From Ignavibacteriota bacterium (GTDB taxonomy: Bacteria; Bacteroidota; Ignavibacteria; UBA10030; CAVZMI01): a DNA stretch of 64,000 nt. Below the pieces are notes generated by a model. That model was not told the origin of the DNA. It saw only the letters and a list, made by a program, of their open reading frames with translations, and ran no database searches. This document shows, one piece after another, positions 1 to 7,899 of the stretch. Location of the stretch: NCBI GenBank assembly GCA_963776275.1, contig CAVZMI010000007.1:39681-103680 (forward strand), read 5' to 3'. The position numbers and the translations under genes were made by a program. Every line of letters starts with the position of its first letter. Positions within the stretch are counted from its first letter, which is position 1.

Positions 1-260
1 TCCAACCACAACAATTTCATTTAGTCTTTCGACACCATCCCTGGTGTCTTTGAAAGTATTTGATTTATTGGGAAGAGAGGTTGCGACAATCGTTTCCGAA
101 GAACTATCGGCTGGTGATCACTCTCGGCAATGGAATGCAGCGGGTTTTGCGAGTGGTGTATATTATTATAGACTCGAAGCTGGAAGTTTTGTTGGAACAA
201 AGAAACTTGTTCTACTTCGATGAGCGGGCAACTGTACATAACGGCGAAGCAGTACTTTAG
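1..260 (+). CDS. 3' end of a probable cassette ORF (hypothetical, truncated by the window edge)
   Basis: Plus-strand ORF ending at 260 inside the attC-like site 236-358, as is typical of cassette genes. No recognisable domain. Confidence 0.35.
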
Positions 261-358
261 TACAGCGGGCACTACGACCCGCCTCCGGCGTGTCAATCCC
301 GCAGTCATTTTTAAAAGTTTTGGTATGCGGACTTGCGTAATGCCCGTAGATGTTAAGT
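236..358 (+). mobile_element. attC-like integron recombination site
   Basis: ACATAAC (236-242) and GTTAAGT (352-358, GTTRRRY). Internal arms CGGGCACTACG/CGTAATGCCCG. Flanks CAACTGTACATAAC and GTTAAGTGCAGTTG are 12/14 complementary. Confidence 0.7.
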
Positions 359-407
359 GCAGTTGTTTTACATTGACATCAGATATGACAATAAGTGACA
401 TTACATC

Positions 408-1079
408 ATGAGCTCTGTATTTCTCACAATCGTCCGTTTTGTTGGCTTCCTTTTCACGATATACATCTGGCGAATAATTCAATACGGACAATTTTCTGAA
501 CTCACGTCATTGATCATAATCATCGGGTCAATCCTGCTGGTTTTCCCGGTAGTTTGGATCGGACGGAAAGCGATCGAGGTCAAACCGTCAATCCAACGTC
601 TCGCCTGGATAACAAGCTTTATTCACATAATACTGATGATTTTCTTTGGCGCTTCTATCATCGAAGCCATAAAATATTTCCAAGTCTCACGCGGCATAAC
701 AATACCGCTGCCGGTTGAAGCCGGAACGGTACTGCTTTGTATTACGGGTGCATGTTTGTCGTTGACCGTCGTAAATCTTGCATTAAGCGGACTCGGTGCA
801 CCCTTTGCTATTGCGTTGAGCAAACGCCTTGCAGATCGCTGGATGTACAGATTGACAAGAAATCCGATGGTCTTGTGCACTCTCGCTACACTTATTTCTA
901 CTGGCCTATACTTACAGTCTTTTTATTTTATTTTCTGGGTTTTTATGCTTGTAACACCGGCGTGGATTTATTTTCTCAAAGCATATGAAGAACGCGAGCT
1001 TGAAATCCGTTTTGGCACATCATACCTGGACTACAAAGCCAAGACTTCTTTCTTCTGGCCAAGAAAGCCGAAGAATTAG
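408..1079 (+). CDS. Isoprenylcysteine carboxyl methyltransferase/PEMT-family membrane protein (cassette gene)
   Basis: Multiple TM segments. Motifs YRLTRNPM and EERELEIRFGTSYLDYK..TSFFWP. Confidence 0.8.
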   Translation: MSSVFLTIVRFVGFLFTIYIWRIIQYGQFSELTSLIIIIGSILLVFPVVWIGRKAIEVKPSIQRLAWITSFIHIILMIFFGASIIEAIKYFQVSRGITIPLPVEAGTVLLCITGACLSLTVVNLALSGLGAPFAIALSKRLADRWMYRLTRNPMVLCTLATLISTGLYLQSFYFIFWVFMLVTPAWIYFLKAYEERELEIRFGTSYLDYKAKTSFFWPRKPKN

Positions 1080-1102
1080 AATCAAGCCGCAGTACAACGA
1101 AC

Positions 1103-1219
1103 GCACAACAGGAAAAAAATTATCCGTCCCGAGCTCCACCTGCGTGCTTCGCACTCCGTTGGACGAGTAATCGGGACGGGCGCTGGAAATGGCGTGCATG
1201 TTTTATCCGGACGTTAGAG
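1103..1219 (+). mobile_element. attC-like site containing a palindromic insert
   Basis: GCACAAC...GGACGTTAGAG, with the same GGAC-GTT right end as the attC at 6267-6386. Contains a CCGTCCCGA...TCGGGACGG hairpin. Confidence 0.55.
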
Positions 1220-1232
1220 CTCATTTTAAGAA

Positions 1233-2036
1233 ATGAAAAAATACTATAACTTTAGTTTTGAAATTACACATTTGTGTAATAAATATTGTGACGATTGCAG
1301 TCATAGAATAAAATATAGCAACTATAAATATCTAACTATTTATGAATACGAAATAATACATCAGGCAATAAAACATCTTCCAATTATTGAAATTAGAATA
1401 ATTGGAGGAGAACCGTTAATGCATCCTCAGTTTAAAGAATTGATGAACAGAATATTTAATGATTTTATTTCTTCTCGAATAATCTTGATAACCAATGGGA
1501 AATTGCTTCCAAAACTCAATAAATGCGACAGAAATCGTTTTGATAGAATATATATTACCTGGTATAAGGGATTTAATGAAGAAGAAATAAAAGAAGTTAT
1601 AAACGAAGATAATGTTTTTATCAATCGTGATAACTTCATAAAAATAGATGATTCTAAAAAGTTGAAAGATGCGCAAGCAAAAAAAATATTTAAATATTGT
1701 TCACAGAAAATATATAGATTTATTGGCACAAGGCTATATATTTGTTGTAATGCAGAGAGTATTGAAAGGATGTTGTTAAAATATAAGATTCATGTAGATA
1801 TACTCGAAGATAATAATTGGCAAAATACCATTAAAAATAATTCTCACTACAAAGCATGTCGATATTGTATATTTGCTAATTCAATATCGAATAGAAAAAG
1901 ATTGAGATGTTATATCGATTTGATTAAGCAAAAAATACTGTTAAATAGTCCTCTGGCAAAATACGACTTTAAGATTATTTGGCAAATATGGAGATACATT
2001 AAAAATAAGAGAAATTGGTATAAGTTTCAAAACTAG
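1233..2036 (+). CDS. Radical SAM protein (AT-rich cassette gene)
   Basis: CNKYCDDC (CxxxCxxC), IIGGEPLMHP and ITNG motifs. Further C-terminal cysteines (CCN, CRYC). Confidence 0.85.
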   Translation: MKKYYNFSFEITHLCNKYCDDCSHRIKYSNYKYLTIYEYEIIHQAIKHLPIIEIRIIGGEPLMHPQFKELMNRIFNDFISSRIILITNGKLLPKLNKCDRNRFDRIYITWYKGFNEEEIKEVINEDNVFINRDNFIKIDDSKKLKDAQAKKIFKYCSQKIYRFIGTRLYICCNAESIERMLLKYKIHVDILEDNNWQNTIKNNSHYKACRYCIFANSISNRKRLRCYIDLIKQKILLNSPLAKYDFKIIWQIWRYIKNKRNWYKFQN

Positions 2037-2090
2037 TCCTAACCGCCACTATTCATAGCGGCAAACCATTATGTGCAATATGCGTTAGAA
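2037..2090 (+). mobile_element. Degenerate/short attC-like site
   Basis: TCCTAAC directly after the stop codon and GTTAGAA at 2084. Internal pairing is weak. Confidence 0.4.
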
Positions 2091-2120
2091 GGCCAATATG
2101 AAGAAAGGTATCGGTATCAA

Positions 2121-2408
2121 ATGACCAAAAAGAGATTTACGCTAATGGCCCGCATAAGCACGGACAATCGTCGGGCGATCAAGCAGGTCTTGGAAGAGCT
2201 CGTTGCAAAGAGGTCGATCACCTCAACAGAAGAGGGGTTCATTGTGAAGGCGACGATGTACGGGGATAGCGCGCGTGAGCTGAACCGATCGTTACTCTCT
2301 GCACTGCGCCGGGTCGAGCGCAAAACCCGTCTCCGCTCAGAATGGAAGTCAGGCGGTACAACGGAGCGTTTCTTCGACTATGTTCCAAAGGGTTCGCATA
2401 AAGCCTGA
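2121..2408 (+). CDS. Small basic hypothetical protein (cassette gene)
   Basis: ORF 2073-2408. ATG at 2121 lies downstream of the GTT site and a purine-rich RBS-like stretch. Confidence 0.6.
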   Translation: MTKKRFTLMARISTDNRRAIKQVLEELVAKRSITSTEEGFIVKATMYGDSARELNRSLLSALRRVERKTRLRSEWKSGGTTERFFDYVPKGSHKA

Positions 2409-2514
2409 TGCAGAATTCGTGCTTGCATTGGCATACTTCGACCTATGTCATTTCCAACTCATAATGTGACGCGCACACTGCACATGACACTTAACTAAGA
2501 AGTGATACTGCCGC

Positions 2515-2650
2515 GAAGCGGGCTCGTCTCGCTTCGCTCAGCGAAGCGAGAGATGAGACCATAATTGAAAAAATATAGAGCCACCCGGACTCATAAATCA
2601 TCAATCCGCCTTCGTTCCACTCCGGCGGACAGGTCATAAATCATCAATAT
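2515..2650. repeat. REP-like palindrome cluster
   Basis: CTCGCTTCGCT-C-AGCGAAGCGAG hairpin. Direct repeat TCATAAATCATCAAT flanks a CCGCC...GGCGG hairpin; the same motif recurs near 47588. Confidence 0.6.
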
Positions 2651-2673
2651 CAATGGCCATTTTATACTTTGGT

Positions 2674-2850
2674 TTGCATTTCCCTTCGTATTTTCTTACG
2701 TTCTTACAGAAATTACACATACTTCCTTCAGTCGATAGCAGAGGGGCTTCGATTACGAAATTGTCTGTGCCGCGTAAAGATGCGCGGGACGGATAACCCG
2801 AAGACCATTAAAGCATACAGAGGCTATTCGGGTATATTTAAAAGAAATAA
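2674..2850 (+). pseudogene. Collapsed tyrosine-recombinase (integron-integrase-like) remnant with promoter, copy 1
   Basis: TTGCAT-N17-TACGTT, then FLQSIAEGLRLRN[30-bp hairpin]NPKTIKAYRG, which resembles the LRLRNYSPKTIKAY motif of integrase N-terminal SAM-like domains. Near-identical copy at 5322-5615. Confidence 0.6.
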
Positions 2851-3052
2851 AAATATACCGAAACGCATCTAAGGCGAAGTGCGATGAATTCATCGGATTG
2901 CTCTAATGTGTCATGCAGTGATTAATTCAAAGAGCCCGGTATGAAAAAACTGCACACAGGTATCTATAGCAAGACTTGAAGGGAACAACTAATTCTATAA
3001 CTGTGATATTATTTGGTAGCATCAATATGAATACAATGGAGGAATGTGAAAC

Positions 3053-3751
3053 ATGAAGAGTAGAGTAGATTTTTTTAGAAATATTGGGCGCATTGGAGCA
3101 TTTATTGCTCTCTTTATATCTTCGATAGTGTTAATTTTTTGGTCATATATAGAAGTTTTATTACCGAAATTTTCTGGTATACAGTTATTGGGAATAATTA
3201 CAACAGCAATAAGTATTCTTGCAATAGATTTTTATGCTCAACTCAAACGAACACATACTAATGAAGTAGTGCAACTTTCACATCATACAATAAAAGATAG
3301 TATTTCTCTAGCGAGTGCGGCAGAACAAAGGATAAAGATATTACGAATATTTGCGTCTACATCTGAGATGATACTTCCTGTAATAAAAGAGACCGATTTG
3401 TACATTGAACAATGTAAATTATTACTGCAGGAACTAGATGAAACAACCGGTGATAAAAAAGCTATTGAGATGAACCGAAAGTGTGAAACATTTATCAAAA
3501 ATTGGGAGGAACTTATTAATGTAAATAAAATTGATAAACTGGATATAAAAAGATATAGGTTTGTGCCCAACCATTTTTATATAATATTTGATAATAAACA
3601 TCTTGTATATGGTTTATATTATCCAACAGATTCTGCCGTGCATTCTGTCCGTTTTATTGATCCGATACTTGTTGAATCAAGCACAATATCAGGACAAATG
3701 TTGATTGAAAAACATATTGAACAATTCGAAAATATTTTTAGGACCTTATAG
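3053..3751 (+). CDS. Two-TM protein with uncharacterised C-terminal alpha/beta domain
   Basis: Two N-terminal hydrophobic helices. C-terminal pattern IKRYRFVPNHFYIIFD..LVYGLY...FENIF is reminiscent of degenerate PLD-fold domains (inference). Confidence 0.75.
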   Translation: MKSRVDFFRNIGRIGAFIALFISSIVLIFWSYIEVLLPKFSGIQLLGIITTAISILAIDFYAQLKRTHTNEVVQLSHHTIKDSISLASAAEQRIKILRIFASTSEMILPVIKETDLYIEQCKLLLQELDETTGDKKAIEMNRKCETFIKNWEELINVNKIDKLDIKRYRFVPNHFYIIFDNKHLVYGLYYPTDSAVHSVRFIDPILVESSTISGQMLIEKHIEQFENIFRTL

Positions 3752-3811
3752 AAACATCTTATTAAAGTACGGGGAAGAAACTATTAATAATTCGAAAAGA
3801 AGGATACTGTA

Positions 3812-4564
3812 TTGAGCAATAATATTGAGGTTAAATTACTACAGTGGAACATCTGGTATTTAGAAAAGGTTGATGGTATAGTAGATGTTCTTCGTGAATT
3901 GGACGCAGATATACTATGCTTACAGGAGCTTAGTGGGAATACGGAAATTAATAAAAAAATAGAGACTGATTCTTATATCCATAAAAAGTTGGGATTGCAC
4001 TACTATAGTGCTAAATCACAAGAATGGATAAACTGGCATAAAGATTATCAAGCTAATGGGATATTCAGCAAATACACAATAAAAAAAGGGAGGAATATAT
4101 TTATAAAGAAACCTCATTCAAAGAAAGCGAGAGATTATTCAAACGAAGGGAGAATATACATAGAGGTTGAATTGAATATTAGTGGGAAAACACTTTTTGT
4201 AGGGACAGCCCATCTTTCTTACATACACAAATTTGAAATAGGCGATAGGCGATGTGCCGAAGAAAATAACTTATTAAAAGCACTAACTAAAAGAAAAAAA
4301 TTTTTATTTTGCGGCGATCTTAATGCACCGCCGGATTCAAATATCTATAAAGCATTATCAAAAAAGTACAGACATTGCGGCCCAGAAATTACTCAAAAAA
4401 CCTGGACAACAAAACCATTCAGTCATAATGGTTTTATAGAGAATGATTTAAATTGGAGATTAGATTACGTATTTGCTTCAAGAGATATAGAAATAATCGA
4501 AACAAGGATAATACAAACAGATGTTTCTGATCATCTTCCTATAATGGTAAGAATAAGGTTATGA
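3812..4564 (+). CDS. Endonuclease/exonuclease/phosphatase (EEP) family protein
   Basis: QWNIW, DILCLQE, HL, GDLNA, RLDYVF and SDHLP catalytic motifs. Confidence 0.9.
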   Translation: MSNNIEVKLLQWNIWYLEKVDGIVDVLRELDADILCLQELSGNTEINKKIETDSYIHKKLGLHYYSAKSQEWINWHKDYQANGIFSKYTIKKGRNIFIKKPHSKKARDYSNEGRIYIEVELNISGKTLFVGTAHLSYIHKFEIGDRRCAEENNLLKALTKRKKFLFCGDLNAPPDSNIYKALSKKYRHCGPEITQKTWTTKPFSHNGFIENDLNWRLDYVFASRDIEIIETRIIQTDVSDHLPIMVRIRL

Positions 4565-5235
4565 TAAAAAATAAAATAGACGATTATTTGAAGATAACAA
4601 TAGAGACGTATGAAAAAAATGCAGAAGAATATAAAATACATAGAAAAGACGCTAGTCCTATAGCAGAATTAGAAAAATTAATCTCTTATTGTAATGGTGG
4701 TTATATTCTAGATGCTGGATGTGGGCCGGGAAGAGATACTATATGGCTCTTAAATAAAGGAATTAAAGCCTTTGGAATAGACCTTTGTGATTCTTTTTTA
4801 CGAATTGCGAGAGAAGATTCAGGGATTAATGTTTTTGCTAAAATGAATCTTTTAGAAATGTCATTTCTACAAGAAACGTTTGATGGCATTTGGTGTTGTG
4901 TAGTTTTATCTCATTTAAAAAAATCACTGTTAATAAATGCATTGATAGAACTCAATAGAGTATTGAAACGAGGTGGCGTTTTATTTATTGCTGTGAAAAA
5001 AGGTAGTGGAGAAGGTTTTCAGGTTGAAAAGGAATTTGCCGATAGTCCGAGATATGTATCATATTTTTCAGATGAAGAAGTATTAATTGCCATAGAAAAA
5101 TCAGGATTTAAAACCCTAGAGCAATACTATTATAATGAGTATAAACGACATAGAGGAACTCATAGGGATATTGACTATATATTTAATTTTTCTAAAAAAG
5201 TAAAACAGCAATTGACAGCTGATATTGCTGCATAA
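4561..5235 (+). CDS. Class I SAM-dependent methyltransferase
   Basis: ILDAGCGPGRD motif I, FDGIWC, RVLKRGG. ATGA overlap with the EEP gene stop codon. Confidence 0.9.
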   Translation: MIKNKIDDYLKITIETYEKNAEEYKIHRKDASPIAELEKLISYCNGGYILDAGCGPGRDTIWLLNKGIKAFGIDLCDSFLRIAREDSGINVFAKMNLLEMSFLQETFDGIWCCVVLSHLKKSLLINALIELNRVLKRGGVLFIAVKKGSGEGFQVEKEFADSPRYVSYFSDEEVLIAIEKSGFKTLEQYYYNEYKRHRGTHRDIDYIFNFSKKVKQQLTADIAA

Positions 5236-5321
5236 AAAGGTCATAGCCTTCTCCTCCTTATTTAAGGAGGGGATACCGGGGAGGTTCTAAACAGCCCTCG
5301 AAACTCATGAGCTATCGAAAC

Positions 5322-5628
5322 TTGCATTTCCCCTCGTAATTTCTTACGTTCTGACAGAAATTACACATACTTCCTTCAGTCGATACCAGTGTCAAGTACC
5401 AAAAATAACTTGAAGAATTCAATTGAGTGAATTCAGTCGATTCCGCTCGGAAATGCAAATTATTACGCTCCGACTTATTCAAGTTATTTTTGAATCGAGA
5501 CACCAGAGGAACTTCAGTTGCGAAATTATCTGTCCCGCGTAAAGATGTGCGGCACGGATAAGTCGAAGACCATTAAAGCATACAGAGGCTGTACAGGTAC
5601 ATTTAAAAGAAATAATTACGCAATATAG
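5322..5628 (+). pseudogene. Collapsed integrase remnant with promoter, copy 2 (MITE-interrupted)
   Basis: Direct repeat of 2674-2850. Removing the MITE and hairpin gives FLQSIPEELQLRNY..KTIKAYRGC...NYAI-stop (TAG 5626-5628). Confidence 0.6.
5390..5502. mobile_element. 113-bp MITE
   Basis: TGTC...GACA ends with 25-bp imperfect TIRs (20/25). CCAG duplication at 5386-5389 and 5503-5506. Absent from repeat copy 1. Confidence 0.8.
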
Positions 5629-5651
5629 CGTCTATACAGATGTTATGTGAA
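5616..5651 (+). mobile_element. Putative attI-like site
   Basis: GTTATGT core at 5642, just after the remnant's stop codon and with no upstream attC hairpin. The sequence after the G is complementary to the end of the following cassette. Confidence 0.5.
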
Positions 5652-5705
5652 AATGGCGGCACGCCATTTTCCGCCTCAAGGTATCTCAATTCATCGGAGA
5701 TAGCA

Positions 5706-6309
5706 ATGTACGAACAATTTATAAACTGGCTTAAGACCAACTGGATCACGGCCGTTCTTCTTCTAGCTGCTGCTGGCCTCATTGCACTTCCGAAAGTCAG
5801 GGATGGCGCGGTGCTTTTATACTCCTGGGCCAAACGGCCTTTTAAAAAGGGAAGTCAATCACGTGAAGAAGGACCAATCGCTTACGAGGTCTCAGGTGAG
5901 AAAGTTAGCTTCACGGAGTTGATCCGTAGCATTGATTTTGATGCTGTAAAGGTTCATGCAATTACACATCGTGTTGGCATTAGTGCGGAATACGAGTGGC
6001 TGAAGCGGAGGTATCCTGGCTACAAACTCATCACACAGCAACTCACATCGCTTCAAGCACTGGCTGGTGACGTTAACTTTTCCCTTGATCAGATACCTTT
6101 TGATCTTCTCACAATAAATCTGCCAGACGGAAGGGCCGAAAGAGATATACTTTGATATTTCAAGTTTCTTTCATGGCTTGGCTCTTACTCAAATCGACTC
6201 GAAAAGTGTCATTGCGTATAAAATTTCGACTTTCTATGAAGAACAACTTGGGCGTGCCGCCACTTCACATAACACGCGTAAAAATGATGGCGATGTAGGA
6301 GGCGGTTGA
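5706..6309 (+). CDS. Hypothetical membrane-anchored cassette protein (frameshift near 6135)
   Basis: GGAG RBS before ATG 5706 and an N-terminal TM helix. The reading continues in another frame as EIYFDISSFFHG... into the attC. Confidence 0.6.
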
Positions 6310-6386
6310 ACATTGCGCCGCTCACAAAAATAAATGGATCATTAATAGTTCGCGTCGCAACGTCATTTTTACGCGGGACGTTATGC
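6267..6386 (+). mobile_element. attC site
   Basis: ACATAAC-ACGCGTAAAAATGA ... TCATTTTTACGCG-GGAC-GTTATGC: R''/L''/L'/R' arrangement with a 13-bp perfect stem. Confidence 0.85.
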
Positions 6387-6473
6387 GCCACGTGGCTTGT
6401 TATCTAGTCGACCAAATTCGTCATACCGACAAATGGCGCGTAGCTTGCCCCTAGAAATAAAAGGAGGAAAACC

Positions 6474-7421
6474 ATGAAGAGCTACATGAAGCTCGGAATT
6501 CTTGCGCTCGCACTTGCGTGCTCAGTGCGAGCTCAATCGGTGCAAGGATCAGCAGAGGGAAAGCAAGCATTGGAAGTACTCCCCCGTGCCACAGTCACCG
6601 TGCTGGTGGACAACATGGTAGGTCGCGGAGATGTGCTCGGCGAATGGGGTGCCGCATTTCTGATCAACACAGACCAGCACCAGATTCTCTTCGATACTGG
6701 TGGGGGACAAGTCCTCAGCGGAAATTCCCGAGCCCTTGGTGTGGATCTCGCCAAAACTGAAGCCATTGTCATCAGCCATGGGCATCCGGATCACACAGGG
6801 GGACTCGATGCTGCTTTGAATGTCTGCAAGTCTGTGGATTTATTTGTTCACCCAGCCGTTTTCGAGACTAGATATTATAAGGGAGATTCCGGCGCGGTGG
6901 CTTATAGCTTCGTTTTCACCAGACAACAACTGCTTCAACGAGTTCGCAATCTGGTTGAGACGAAGGGACCGACTCTCATTCGTGAAGGAGTAATGGTCAC
7001 GGGCCAGGTTCCCCGACTAAACGATTTTGAAGATACTGGTTTGCGCGGGGACGTTTTCCTTGACAGCAGTTTGACAATAGAAGATCCAATCCCGGATGAT
7101 CAAGCCGTGTTCTTCCGTGTTCCAGAGGGAGTCGTTATACTGCTCGGATGCGGCCACGCCGGGCTGGTCAATACAATGGAGTATGTAAGCAAGCTAACGG
7201 GTGAGCAGCACATCTACGCGGTCATTGGCGGCACTCATTTGCTTAATGCTTCTCCCTCGCGAATGCAAAAGACCATCGAAGCATTGCGGATGTACGACAT
7301 ACAGAAGATCATGCTGTCGCATTGTACCGGCCTTCGCGCATACGCACAGCTGGCAAATGCTTTTCCAGGTCGTTGCAGCTGGCCGGCTAGTGGAACCACA
7401 TTGAAGTTCGGCTCTCAGTAA
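6474..7421 (+). CDS. MBL-fold metallo-hydrolase with signal peptide (last cassette)
   Basis: SHGHPDHTGG, GCGHAG, GGTHL and SHCTG motifs. AGGAGG RBS. N-terminal signal peptide. Confidence 0.85.
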   Translation: MKSYMKLGILALALACSVRAQSVQGSAEGKQALEVLPRATVTVLVDNMVGRGDVLGEWGAAFLINTDQHQILFDTGGGQVLSGNSRALGVDLAKTEAIVISHGHPDHTGGLDAALNVCKSVDLFVHPAVFETRYYKGDSGAVAYSFVFTRQQLLQRVRNLVETKGPTLIREGVMVTGQVPRLNDFEDTGLRGDVFLDSSLTIEDPIPDDQAVFFRVPEGVVILLGCGHAGLVNTMEYVSKLTGEQHIYAVIGGTHLLNASPSRMQKTIEALRMYDIQKIMLSHCTGLRAYAQLANAFPGRCSWPASGTTLKFGSQ

Positions 7422-7566
7422 TCTGCGACGTGAAATGCTGGAAGATATGATGCAATTGTCCATCATTGAATGGTTATTATGGTCAGACTAATTCGTTGGC
7501 AAAAATATTTTGCCGTCATAGTTATCAGAATAAACTAGAAAACAGGAAAAATATTTACTGAGAGGC

Positions 7567-7607
7567 AAGTCGACTCTATGTAGGTCGACTCGGCGAGTCG
7601 ACCTACA
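7567..7607. repeat. Palindromic repeat downstream of the nuoN remnant
   Basis: TGTAGGTCGACTCG-G-CGAGTCGACCTACA hairpin. Confidence 0.6.
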
Positions 7608-7618
7608 GGTGGTCATTC

Positions 7619-7825
7619 CTATCGCAACCCTAACATTTTCACAGATGCAACTGCAGCATTGACGATCGGCGAGAAATACAAACCGAATCCCAATGTCGGG
7701 ATTACAAGCAGCATAACGATCGCAATCTGCCACACACTGAAATAAATAGGTTCTTTTGATTCTTCGGCTTCTCGCAGAAAGAGATTACGCAATATTCTGA
7801 CATAATAATAAAGCGAGATTACACT
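7619..7825 (-). pseudogene. nuoN: C-terminal remnant of NADH-quinone oxidoreductase subunit N
   Basis: Hand translation (absent from the ORF track): SVISLYYYVRILRNLFLREAEESKEPIYFSVWQIAIVMLLVIPTLGFGLYFSPIVNAAVASVKMLGLR*. No start codon; in-frame stop just upstream. Confidence 0.8.
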
Positions 7826-7899
7826 TGAGATTTAAGAAGATAAGTATAAAAGAGCATCTTTTAGTTCGATGAAGATTGCACAAGATTTTTTTAAAAATG

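Noticed and set aside
21-491. 156-aa minus-strand ORF and the many other antisense ORFs in the track
   Set aside because: They overlap better-supported genes or att sites on the other strand and have no motifs.
2590-2650. Mini-CRISPR (TCATAAATCATCAAT twice)
   Set aside because: Only two 15-bp copies around a hairpin and no cas genes; the motif recurs singly near 47588.
2669-2872. 67-aa ORF as a functional gene
   Set aside because: It is a read-through of the integrase relic plus hairpin; the second copy is not open.
7627-7716. CCCTAAC / GCATAAC as further att sites
   Set aside because: No partner GTT or hairpin, and they lie within the nuoN coding remnant.
7488-7733. 81-aa minus-strand ORF
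   Set aside because: It is an alternative frame over the nuoN remnant and a palindrome.
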